Below, piece after piece: positions 1 to 7,414 of a stretch of 9,676 nucleotides of DNA. The stretch's first letter is position 1, and each line of letters starts with the position of its first letter. The translations under genes were made by a program, and so were the position numbers. Under the pieces are notes generated by a model. It was not told the DNA's origin. It saw nothing but the letters and a program-made list of their open reading frames with translations, and made no database searches. The stretch spans positions 1-9,676 of the forward strand of contig JADGIF010000377.1 of the NCBI GenBank assembly GCA_018985225.1, in the 5' to 3' direction. The stretch comes from Amoeboradix gromovi X-113. Its lineage: Eukaryota > Fungi > Sanchytriomycota.

Positions 1-168
1 CCTTTAAATGGTCTTATTCGTATCACTAAATGCTTTATAAAATACGCCAATAAAATTGAAGAGAACTATGATTTATTTAAGAAATTCACATTTGGGTTTA
101 CGGGTGATGCATGGAGACTGAAAAATACTTTCGATTTCGTCCTTGCAAATGTTGCAGCCCTAATGTAG
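1..168 (+). CDS. Probable 3' end of an upstream gene, product unknown (partial, runs off window start)
   Basis: Frame +1 is open from base 1 to TAG at 166-168 (PLNGLIRITKCFIKYANKIEENYDLFKKFTFGFTGDAWRLKNTFDFVLANVAALM*). That is 55 codons without a stop in AT-rich DNA. It overlaps the start of the next ORF. No family recognised. Confidence 0.45.
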   Translation, partial: PLNGLIRITKCFIKYANKIEENYDLFKKFTFGFTGDAWRLKNTFDFVLANVAALM

Positions 169-1031
169 TCTGCGATACCTACTCAAAATTTGAGTTTGAT
201 ATAGTTGACGGATTGATTTGCAAGACCAAAATCCCTATTTCTACATTGAAAGATTACAAAAATGGTAAAATATACGGAATTGACTATAGCTCCTGTATTG
301 CCGTTAGGTCTTTGTTGTTCAATGATTCCGAGGATGCTGATTTGTCATTATTGGAATTCTGTTGCGCACCAGGTGTTAAGCTATTATACATGATGGACTT
401 GCTACCCAAATGTATCGTAACTGGCGTTGACATTCGTAAAGACAGACTTGGGGTTGCCAAGATGCTGCTACGCAAATACAAAAGACTTGATAGGTGCCAG
501 TTAATAGCTGCAGATGCTACGTCATATTCTGCTTTTGTACCTTGTAGGTTCGAATGTGGCGGTGAAAAGTACTCTAAGAAACTTTTTCATAACCCCAGAC
601 ATATAAACAGAACATCTTTGTCAAAGTTTGATAGAATTCTTGTAGATGTAGAATGTACTTTGGACGGAAAAGAGCATCATGTTCCCAAAGGTCAATCTAA
701 ATCCAATTACCAGGATTCCGCATTATTTAGATTACAAAAGAGAATTTTATTCAATGCCTTCAACCATTTGAGTCAAGAAGGTTTGCTTGTTTATTCCACT
801 TGCTCTTTAAAAGTTCACGAGAATGAATGCGTTGTGTATAGTCTCCTAAGCAGTAGTATTGCTATATCGGAAGTACGTCCTCAATTTTGGGATGGCTTGC
901 CTCTAGATATCTCTGAGAAATATTGTAGTATTTGTGACAAATCATACTTAATCGGTATGAGAATGGACAAATTTCATCTAGAAACAAGTGGAATGTTTGT
1001 TGCAGTACTTAGGATATCTTTCTCTCTATGA
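111..1031 (+). CDS. NOL1/NOP2/Sun (RsmB/RsmF-like) RNA cytosine-C5 methyltransferase
   Basis: 306-aa ORF. SAM-binding motif I LEFCCAPGVK (cf. LDxCAAPGGK), TGVDIRKDRL, ADATS, motif IV FDRILVDVECTLDG (cf. D-x-x-C), LQKRILFNAF, and motif VI GLLVYSTCSL..ENE carrying the catalytic Cys; C-terminal SGMFVAVLR. Confidence 0.9.
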   Translation: METEKYFRFRPCKCCSPNVVCDTYSKFEFDIVDGLICKTKIPISTLKDYKNGKIYGIDYSSCIAVRSLLFNDSEDADLSLLEFCCAPGVKLLYMMDLLPKCIVTGVDIRKDRLGVAKMLLRKYKRLDRCQLIAADATSYSAFVPCRFECGGEKYSKKLFHNPRHINRTSLSKFDRILVDVECTLDGKEHHVPKGQSKSNYQDSALFRLQKRILFNAFNHLSQEGLLVYSTCSLKVHENECVVYSLLSSSIAISEVRPQFWDGLPLDISEKYCSICDKSYLIGMRMDKFHLETSGMFVAVLRISFSL

Positions 1032-1473
1032 ACTCGATTTAATAAATCAACTCTTGAAACATTATACTGTTACAATGCTACTCAATTTTAGTCAATACTC
1101 TGCTTTAGTGGATCTGTTATCAGGATATGTAAGCATTTCTGATAACCTTTGCCTCTTATTTTATGGGGTATCAGATACAAATGCCAAGAAAAGACTTAAT
1201 CGCTTGAGAGCCCAGTTTTCTATTCAAGATAATTGTTTAAAATCACTTCCTGGTTTAAAGATTGTTTTACCAATGGGTGCGCATGATCATGTAATATACC
1301 AAACATATTTCAAGAATGGAACTGTCCCTTTAACAAAAAGCTGGCTTGACTTTAAAAGTAAATATGAAACCCACAAGTCAAAATGTGGATTGCTAAGATG
1401 CGACTTTGATATGATTTACAGTGAGCTAGGAATGGCAATAATAACTGTGGAAATCAAAGAGCTGTCAAAATGA
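988..1473 (+). CDS. Hypothetical protein (true start may be the in-frame ATG at 1075)
   Basis: 161-codon open frame in AT-rich DNA. The 988 start overlaps the methyltransferase end by 44 nt; the ATG at 1075 avoids the overlap. No recognisable motif. Confidence 0.5.
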   Translation: MECLLQYLGYLSLYELDLINQLLKHYTVTMLLNFSQYSALVDLLSGYVSISDNLCLLFYGVSDTNAKKRLNRLRAQFSIQDNCLKSLPGLKIVLPMGAHDHVIYQTYFKNGTVPLTKSWLDFKSKYETHKSKCGLLRCDFDMIYSELGMAIITVEIKELSK

Positions 1474-1850
1474 TAGACTATTAAAAGTTGGCCACTATAA
1501 CTTAGTAAATCATTTATCGTAATTGCATTAATCTTATTGCCTCGAATCATTCTTTCTAAAAAAATTTAATTGAACAAATAGAGGCATTTAGTTCATTTTG
1601 CATATAAAAGTGATGGCATCCAATTATGCTAGCCATACTACGTCATATACAAAGACCTGTTAAGACTCCTGGAATGAAATTCCGAGGCCCAGAACTATCA
1701 AAGACGTTGGAAATTGTGAGTATATGGAGCTCTTATATTGAGTGCTATACTATACTAATAGAATTATCTCAACTCCCGGAATAATCAGTTTTCTTCAGCA
1801 AAGAAAAAGCTATGAGATGCCATTTTTTTATAACAATAAGCAAAATAAAT

Positions 1851-3935
1851 TTATTTGTTTAATACTAGGCATGTGATTATGTATACCAAATCTCCCATAC
1901 TCAACAACCAACGAGGAAAGAATATCTTCCAAGCCATCAAATGCTGTCTCAGAATAAATGTGCAAATACAACTGCTAATTATAAACAAAAACTTTATGTT
2001 TACCATCCTGGGGAAAAGCATAAATGATGCAAAGTAGTTTAATATCACAAATATTGGAGTCGTAAAATTTGATTCCATAGTTAGTACAAATCCTTTATCC
2101 CACATTATGTGACTCAAAGTTGCTTGATGCCCCAATAAAAAGAACAAGTTGTAACTAAAGAAACAATAAAAATAAGGATTATTCACAAATTTTTGCATAA
2201 AGTAGCCCACCGCAATTCCTATATATCCTGTAAGTTTACTGCTTAACAGACACATGGAATGAATAAAGAGTATAGGGCTTTTATTCTGAATGCTTTTGTA
2301 TAATGCCAATATTACTATCAAGTTAGCAAAAACTATTTTGAAATAAAATTCAAATATATTCATTCCATCTATCCAATGAAGCGTGCCCAATAACAAGGAG
2401 TCCCATGTGTAGTAATAAAGTGGCATTATGATTATAGACACGTATTTCATTAGAAGAGGTGGGTCTGTAGTAGATCCATCATAAAATGAGGAGTAACAGT
2501 GAGGTCCAAACTCTTCTCTGCAGATTACTATAAGATTCAGCAAACGCATGATTATTAAACACATCAAGGTTTTAGCGAGCCTGGATAACTTTTTATATTT
2601 ATAAAAGCTTAATAAATCAAGCTCAAAATTCTGAATTATGCTCAACTGGATAAAGAACAAAGATATTTCTTGTTCACTAAGCACATAAGAGTTGCTGGCA
2701 AACAAAAACAGGTACGGAAGATATATCACTGATCTTGCGGGTATTTTATAATTTAGCAGATATGCAAGTACTAAAAATCCAATTCCCATCAACATATATA
2801 CAGGTCTAAAAGTATTAAGCCTTTCATTGGCCACGTCAAGTATGCTTCTTGATAACTCATCATATGCGCTCTGGTTTACATTTAAAGGCATTTCTATGTC
2901 TAAATTTAGCTCGGTTTTAGCGTATCGAATTTGGGATCTCAAAATAGAGTTGTAGTCAATTTCAGATGGAAAAAGCTCATAAATAATGGTACCAAGGTTA
3001 CTGAACGGGATTGCAGTTCCTAGTATTAAAGAAATGCTGGGCACCAGATCCAATTGGTATATAATGCGGCTCATTGGGATGCCTTTGAATATATCATGTT
3101 TTTGTAATTCATTGTATATTGAATTGTGGAGCTTATTTGAACTAGGTATATCCTTAGCTAATGGCGATGTACCTTTATGACCATAAACTATCAACGCAGT
3201 CATTACTTCGTACAGGCTGTCGCCTCCATGATCACCCTTGACATCTTGGCCATGATCACCCATGACCATCAGAATAGTGCCGTTTTCCATAGATCTAACG
3301 ATATCACTTATAAATTCGGCATAATCATGAATCTTTTTTCTCATTGTTGAGTGGTTAGGATAAAATGTATGCCCACTATGATCTAGGCCCAATAAATGTC
3401 CAATTAAACAGTCTGGCTGCGATTTTAACGCTTTATTAAATACTGAGTATACTTGGTTATCAACAGTATCCAAGTCCCATACATTAAATGAATCCATTGG
3501 TGTGCTAACCTTGAAATTTAATAGCTGGTCCCAAGTATCGTCACCCACAAAAACTACGCTGGAGTTTATGGGATTCCCATATTCACTGAATATATGCTGT
3601 ATTTCTATCTTTTGTTGGCTGAAACTGTCCTTAACTTCAATGATGCTGGGTAAATAGCCACTTAACAAGGATTTCAATTTTGTAGCAGTTGTTGTAGGCG
3701 GATGGACAGCCATGGGAAAGAAAAGAGGGTCATAAGGTACTTTGTTACGTATTTCATTAGCCATATCAAGTCTTAAAGCGTCTATTAGAACAATAATAAG
3801 CTTATGATTCTTCATTGGTATTTTGATATTGTTGAACGTAGAGCTGGGCATTTTAATATTCAACAAACCATAATAAAACAAATAGTATCCTATGCATAGT
3901 AAAGAAATGCTTGCAAATTTGGTGTTGAAAATCAT
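1851..3935 (-). CDS. GPI13: GPI ethanolamine phosphate transferase 3 (Gpi13/PIG-O)
   Basis: N-terminal TM segment, then alkaline-phosphatase-superfamily motifs IDALRLD, PPTTT, GDDTW, SFNVWDLDTVD, GHLLGLDHSGH, MGDHG..GDHGGDS and QLDLVP..IPFSNLG. Multi-pass hydrophobic C-terminal half ending LRQHLMAWKIFFPR (cf. RRHLMVWKIFAPR). Uninterrupted 694-aa ORF. Confidence 0.93.
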   Translation of the reverse strand: MIFNTKFASISLLCIGYYLFYYGLLNIKMPSSTFNNIKIPMKNHKLIIVLIDALRLDMANEIRNKVPYDPLFFPMAVHPPTTTATKLKSLLSGYLPSIIEVKDSFSQQKIEIQHIFSEYGNPINSSVVFVGDDTWDQLLNFKVSTPMDSFNVWDLDTVDNQVYSVFNKALKSQPDCLIGHLLGLDHSGHTFYPNHSTMRKKIHDYAEFISDIVRSMENGTILMVMGDHGQDVKGDHGGDSLYEVMTALIVYGHKGTSPLAKDIPSSNKLHNSIYNELQKHDIFKGIPMSRIIYQLDLVPSISLILGTAIPFSNLGTIIYELFPSEIDYNSILRSQIRYAKTELNLDIEMPLNVNQSAYDELSRSILDVANERLNTFRPVYMLMGIGFLVLAYLLNYKIPARSVIYLPYLFLFASNSYVLSEQEISLFFIQLSIIQNFELDLLSFYKYKKLSRLAKTLMCLIIMRLLNLIVICREEFGPHCYSSFYDGSTTDPPLLMKYVSIIIMPLYYYTWDSLLLGTLHWIDGMNIFEFYFKIVFANLIVILALYKSIQNKSPILFIHSMCLLSSKLTGYIGIAVGYFMQKFVNNPYFYCFFSYNLFFLLGHQATLSHIMWDKGFVLTMESNFTTPIFVILNYFASFMLFPRMVNIKFLFIISSCICTFILRQHLMAWKIFFPRWLLSMGDLVYIITCLVLNK

Positions 3936-4266
3936 ATTTGGAAGTAGAACTACGATAACTGCACAAACTATTTAAAACAAATGTCTCAAAAATGTATTGC
4001 CAATACAATACACTCATATTTAGTAACTGTGCTTCGAGACACAGCTAATCGCTAGTTATATTGCCTCTTTGACCTTGGTTCATTCACCGTTTTTCAGTAG
4101 GCTAAATGCTCTACATATCAAAACACTCATTCACATGTCAATCTACAAGTATCAGAGAAGTGGACTTTCAGGCCTTAGTAGATATTAAACGAGTTCTGTT
4201 CTTCAGTCTACTTTTATGGAGCATGTTCCAGTTTTTTAAAGAATTAACAGATACATTTTTTCAAAC

Positions 4267-5166
4267 ATGAAAATTCAGAGATTGCCACCCAGCACCAGTA
4301 AAATAGCGTATTTAGGAAGTACCTGTCAGTTCTTAGTTAAAACCAGTCAAGCTACTCAAATATCTATGAATTATGGTCAAAAAGTAACAGTATTGAAGGA
4401 TTGTGCAAAAGCAGGTGCTTACACTGTGTTTTATGAAGTTATGCAACTTGGTCAGCATATTCTAATAGCAGACCAGACGCGGTTTATATTCACAGTAATG
4501 AACCCGTTTAATTTAAGAACCAAGATAACTCGTTCCAGATTGTATGATATTCTTGAAGTCCAGTTGATCAACATGACCGACCAGACCATATTTCTGCAAG
4601 AATTTATGCTGGAAGGAATTGAAAACGGCTTGTTTGGCCATTATGATAACTCGTTTTATTCTAAAGTTCGTCAAGATGCTTCAGTTCAATGCAGCCATCC
4701 TTTAGCAAAAACAGTATTCCAATTTCACTCAATGACTATACTGAAAGGTGCGACATACATACAGTCATTTTTAACTCCGCAGAACAACTCTGATACTTTT
4801 GGTAAAATCGAAATGCGGTACGTCAGTGGAAATGGTGAACTAGGACATTTGCAAACCCCTAACATACCCAAGAAGATTACTAACATAGCGCATAATAACA
4901 TTGCGTGCAAAATATTAAATCCGATCGTTGAACCATTGGGAAAAGTCAAGGTAGAGATTGAGTCTATTGGGAAGAATAAAGTGACACTTAAGCCAAACAC
5001 ATCCACTATTCCAGATCGGACTGAGTTAGAATTAAATGCTTTAGAGAAGGAGATTGTAGAAATTCAAGTTCCGGGGAAGCTGGGATATTTGGATTTAGGA
5101 ACGTTTGTTGACATACATGAGAATGTCGGGAAATTAGGGCATTGTATAATAACCGGAACTCAGTAA
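4267..5166 (+). CDS. TRAPPC13: TRAPP complex subunit 13 (TRAPPC13/Trs65-like), divergent and shortened
   Basis: Collinear motifs: IAYLGST (cf. IYLGETF), EVMQLGQHILI (cf. EVKEIGTHILV), FIFTVMNPFNLRTK (cf. FKFQVLKPLDVKTK), LEVQLINMT..IFL (cf. LEAQIQN), GKIEMRY..NGELGHLQT (cf. GKLDIVW..GERGRLQT). Confidence 0.8.
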   Translation: MKIQRLPPSTSKIAYLGSTCQFLVKTSQATQISMNYGQKVTVLKDCAKAGAYTVFYEVMQLGQHILIADQTRFIFTVMNPFNLRTKITRSRLYDILEVQLINMTDQTIFLQEFMLEGIENGLFGHYDNSFYSKVRQDASVQCSHPLAKTVFQFHSMTILKGATYIQSFLTPQNNSDTFGKIEMRYVSGNGELGHLQTPNIPKKITNIAHNNIACKILNPIVEPLGKVKVEIESIGKNKVTLKPNTSTIPDRTELELNALEKEIVEIQVPGKLGYLDLGTFVDIHENVGKLGHCIITGTQ

Positions 5167-5258
5167 ATACTCTAAGTGTATTTGTAGATCAACTCTGTGC
5201 GTTACAAGAAGCTTCTATAAAAGAAGAGCATTTATATAAAAAACAAAAGAGACACACT

Positions 5259-5273
5259 CTGTAAAAACTAGAC
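5259..5273 (+). repeat. Left terminal inverted repeat
   Basis: CTGTAAAAACTAGAC is the exact reverse complement of 6205-6219. A degenerate subterminal copy, TGTAGAACTAGTTTGCTT, lies at 5357-5374 (cf. TGTAAAAACTAGACTTGCTT at 5260-5279). Confidence 0.85.
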
Positions 5274-5373
5274 TTGCTTTTTGATACATTTTATTTCAAA
5301 TAAATTGTAGTTTAATAATACGTTTACCTGATAGGCTGTTTTGTATTTCATAACTTTGTAGAACTAGTTTGCT

Positions 5374-5380
5374 TATAAAT
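5374..5380 (+). promoter_or_regulatory. Possible TATA box of the element-encoded gene
   Basis: TATAAAT ending 22 nt upstream of the ATG at 5403, inside the left end of the element. The AT-rich context makes chance occurrence plausible. Confidence 0.3.
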
Positions 5381-5402
5381 ACAGTCTTTCCTGTACAATT
5401 GT

Positions 5403-6163
5403 ATGGCTAAAAGACAACAGCCTTTGTCCTATACAAAACACAAAAAAATGATATCAGACAGTGAAAACACTGAAGAGGGTCCTTCTACTGTTAAAATGAA
5501 GCTAACACACTAAAAAACTAGGATTAGAGATACATTTCGTCGTCTTCATCACATAGAGCTTCAATCTCTTCTCTTTTGCAATTGGGCTTTAGAAACCAAC
5601 AACTACCAAATGATTTTAAACCTTCTCAAGACCATGTTACTAGATTACAAGGCTTGTTTACTCAAGACTCTAATATTTTCAAAATTAGTAAACCGAGGAG
5701 CAGCTTAAAGGTGAACTTGTTCAAGAGCAACCCATGCCTGTATTAAATACAGACCTAAACCATATGATGGCAGATTATGACTTGAAAGCCTGGCGTAAAA
5801 AAGGCTTCAAAAACAATCTGGTCCAGGTAAAAAGACCCTGTTACTTTGGGGTGATGCTCAGATCAAGACAAACTTTAAAAAGAATAATTGTAGTCCTTGT
5901 CATAGTATTTGAGACTTCTTTCTAAGACCTCGCAAATCAAAAGTGGACTTTGTTCTAGTCAATGGAGATAACAGATCCAAGGGTCGTCAAGTCTGTTATT
6001 GACAAACGATATGATACAAACGAAGCTGTTAATAAATGACAAAACAGGAAAAGTTCGTCTAAGAAAATGCACCTTTTGCTTAGATGCTCAAAGACCTCAT
6101 ATATTTGAACGAGATACTGGGTCTTCTTGTTTTAATTTAAAGAGGAATAGATTTATTAAATAA
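5403..6163 (+). pseudogene. Fanzor1-like RNA-guided endonuclease pseudogene (internal deletion, stops, frameshifts)
   Basis: Manual translation. N-terminus MAKRQQ...STVKMKLTH*KTRIRDTFRRLHHIELQSLLFCNWALE resembles the Fanzor1 N-terminal tvKxxL plus helix. C-terminal block KTLLLWGDAQ (WGD 5847-5855)...NNCSP...VDFVLVN-G-DN-R-SKG-R-QVC (5961-5996); each odd residue is one base from VN-E-DN-T-SKG-C-QVC (RuvC-II Glu plus first CxxC). After a frameshift: VRLRKCTFC (6068-6079, second CxxC) and IFERDTGSSCFNL (RuvC-III RD at 6110-6115), stop 6161-6163. No RuvC-I DPG motif found. Confidence 0.78.
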
Positions 6164-6235
6164 CAATCTTTTCTCCGTATATGGTACCTCCTTAAAATTA
6201 ACTTGTCTAGTTTTTACAGCTCGATTGTTTTCTTG
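6132..6235 (+). ncRNA. Candidate Fanzor1 omegaRNA (scaffold ~6132-6219, guide = right flank from 6220)
   Basis: Stem TTAATTTAAAGAGG (6132-6145) pairs with CCTCCTTAAAATTAA (6187-6201), with one mismatch and one bulge. It encloses AATAGATT (6146-6153)/AATCTTTT (6165-6172) and a mini-hairpin CCG-TATA-TGG (6175-6184), and is followed by the right TIR. This is where omegaRNA lies in characterised Fanzor1 elements. Expression is not shown. Confidence 0.55.
6205..6219 (-). repeat. Right terminal inverted repeat
   Basis: GTCTAGTTTTTACAG is the exact reverse complement of 5259-5273. Confidence 0.85.
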
Positions 6236-6398
6236 AATAAATCAATTATCGCGAATTTGTATGCATTTTTATATAATTTTATGACTTTTCCAATAACTTA
6301 AATACTCGATATTCTTCCTTTTCACAAATGGTAAATGTAATTAATGGATGTAATTCCGAATATGTCAAATCTAAAGAAATAACTAGCAGGTACAGCAT

Positions 6399-6781
6399 AC
6401 AAAGACATATGATCTTATATTCTTGCCATCGTCCAATACTAGCCAAATGATAAGTAGCTTGTCGAGCAAGTCGCAAGAGATATGGCTACAATGTCCCATT
6501 ACACATTCAAAGAACGCTTGAAGTTCAAGTGTACGCAAAGAGGAAAGACGATAATCGAATGTATTGAATCATTTACTAGTCAGACATGTACAAGGTGTGG
6601 TACTCTAAAGAAAACCAACTTAGAAACCTACACCTGTACCAATTGTCATTTGGAGATAAATAGAGACCATATGGCAGCAAAGAACATATACATCAAGTAT
6701 CTGCATCCTTATTCAATCTCGTCTCAGGGTCTCGCAATCCTGGGTGTGTCAATTCTAAAGATATCGCTAATTAATACCTAA
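6399..6781 (+). pseudogene. Fanzor2/IS607-TnpB-like nuclease, 5'-truncated fragment A
   Basis: TKTYDLIFLPSSNTSQMISSLSSK (6399-6470), apparent 1-nt deletion at ~6470, then VARDMATMSHYTFKERLKFKCTQRGKTIIECIESFTSQTCTRCG...YTCTNCHLEINRDHMAAKNIY. RuvC-II Glu (6566-6568), CxxC..CxxC zinc ribbon and RuvC-III Asp (6665-6667) are intact. The YDxIxLP..TSQM..SHY.F pattern is typical of Fanzor2/IS607 TnpB. N-terminal domains and RuvC-I are absent. Confidence 0.85.
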
Positions 6782-6938
6782 TTCACACTTCCGCATTGCA
6801 AAAAATGGTCCAAAGATGTACAATTTACTCCATGTCTATTGCTTTATTCTTTGAGAGTAAATATGGTAAATAATCGTTTTACTAAAAAGATCTTTGAGAA
6901 AAAATTCAAGAGCAATGAGAGTTGTATCTAATGCGGAA
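6723..6938 (+). ncRNA. Candidate omegaRNA scaffold of Fanzor2 fragment A
   Basis: Hairpin CTCAGGGT (6723-6730)/ATCCTGGG (6737-6744). Then a long fold closed by TTCCGCATTG (6789-6798)/TAATGCGGAA (6929-6938), with nested TACAA (6819-6823)/TTGTA (6922-6926) and ATTGCT (6838-6843)/AGCAAT (6911-6916). It overlaps and follows the ORF 3' end. Confidence 0.45.
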
Positions 6939-7055
6939 TATTGTAGCGTTTTATTCAACTGTTTAAATATCGGGAAATAAACAAGCATCAGGAGTCTAAG
7001 CATTCGCAGTTTCTCACTTAATCAACTCACGGTGCAAAGACAAAGTCTTGGCTAA

Positions 7056-7301
7056 TCGACCGCTATAATTTATCCGACTGTAGGCTTGACAAACAGTAGC
7101 TGTGACAGGTCGGAAACTCTTAAGAAACCCCTTTGGAGGCACCTCACATGCGCAAGCTGTCACCAAGTAGTTAATAGAGAACATATGGCAGCATCGAACA
7201 TATATTTGAAGAATATTCATCCATATTCTATTCCGCCTCAGGTTAGCGGGAGCGTGGGCAACCGCTGTAACGGAATATCTGACATATTAGTTTTTCTGTG
7301 A
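7056..7301 (+). pseudogene. Fanzor2/IS607-TnpB-like nuclease, more decayed 3' fragment B
   Basis: STAIIYPTVGLTNSSCDRSETLKKPLWRHLTCASCHQVVNREHMAASNIYLKNIHPYSIPPQ aligns without gaps to fragment A (GKTIIECIESFTSQTCTRCGTLKKTNLETYTCTNCHLEINRDHMAAKNIYIKYLHPYSISSQ). RuvC-II E>V (GTA 7080-7082), Zn-ligand C>S (7110-7112), RuvC-III D>E (7179-7181). Nucleotides 7173-7242 match 6659-6728 at 56/70 by hand count. Confidence 0.8.
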
Positions 7302-7414
7302 AATTTTTTAGGCTTGGGAAACCCTGGACTATAAGTTTTCGTAAGAGTCTTGGTCAACGATTGTACAGACTCTTTACCCATGAGCAAGGCCTAGGGTCCC
7401 AAGTTAGCAGAAAA
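7242..7414 (+). ncRNA. Structured RNA, candidate omegaRNA scaffold of Fanzor2 fragment B
   Basis: Hairpin AGCGG (7245-7249)/CCGCT (7262-7266). Then a long nested fold: TTTTCTGT (7292-7299)/GCAGAAAA (7407-7414), GGCTTGGGA (7311-7319)/TCCCAAGTT (7397-7405), CCCTGG (7322-7327)/CTAGGG (7391-7396), GTAAGAGTCT (7341-7350)/AGACTCTTTAC (7367-7377). The several G-U pairs point to RNA-level structure. Confidence 0.55.

Larger units (their letters stand above)
5259..6219 (+). mobile_element. Non-autonomous TIR DNA transposon (961 bp) carrying a decayed Fanzor1-like gene
   Basis: Perfect 15-bp inverted repeats CTGTAAAAACTAGAC (5259-5273) and GTCTAGTTTTTACAG (6205-6219). CT lies directly outside both ends (5257-5258, 6220-6221), a possible 2-bp TSD. 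The interior encodes Fanzor1-like motifs; no transposase seen. Confidence 0.8.

Noticed and set aside
1626-1793. 55-codon ORF and an intron-like 20-mer GTGCTATACTATACTAATAG (1742-1761)
   Set aside because: No recognisable product, weak 5' splice site, and no coherent spliced model could be built.
5734-5925. 63-aa ORF as an independent gene
   Set aside because: It lies inside the Fanzor1 pseudogene; the conserved WGD motif is in another frame.
6279-6476. Minus-strand 65-aa ORF
   Set aside because: Non-ATG start, partly antisense to Fanzor2 fragment A, no recognisable motif.
7106-7117. CAGGTCGGAAAC resembling SRP RNA helix 8
   Set aside because: The required downstream GGAGCAG partner is missing, and the segment aligns in frame to the Fanzor2 zinc-finger codons.
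5259-7414. CRISPR array or prokaryotic IS605 element
   Set aside because: No regularly spaced direct repeats, no cas or tnpA gene, and the context is clearly eukaryotic.
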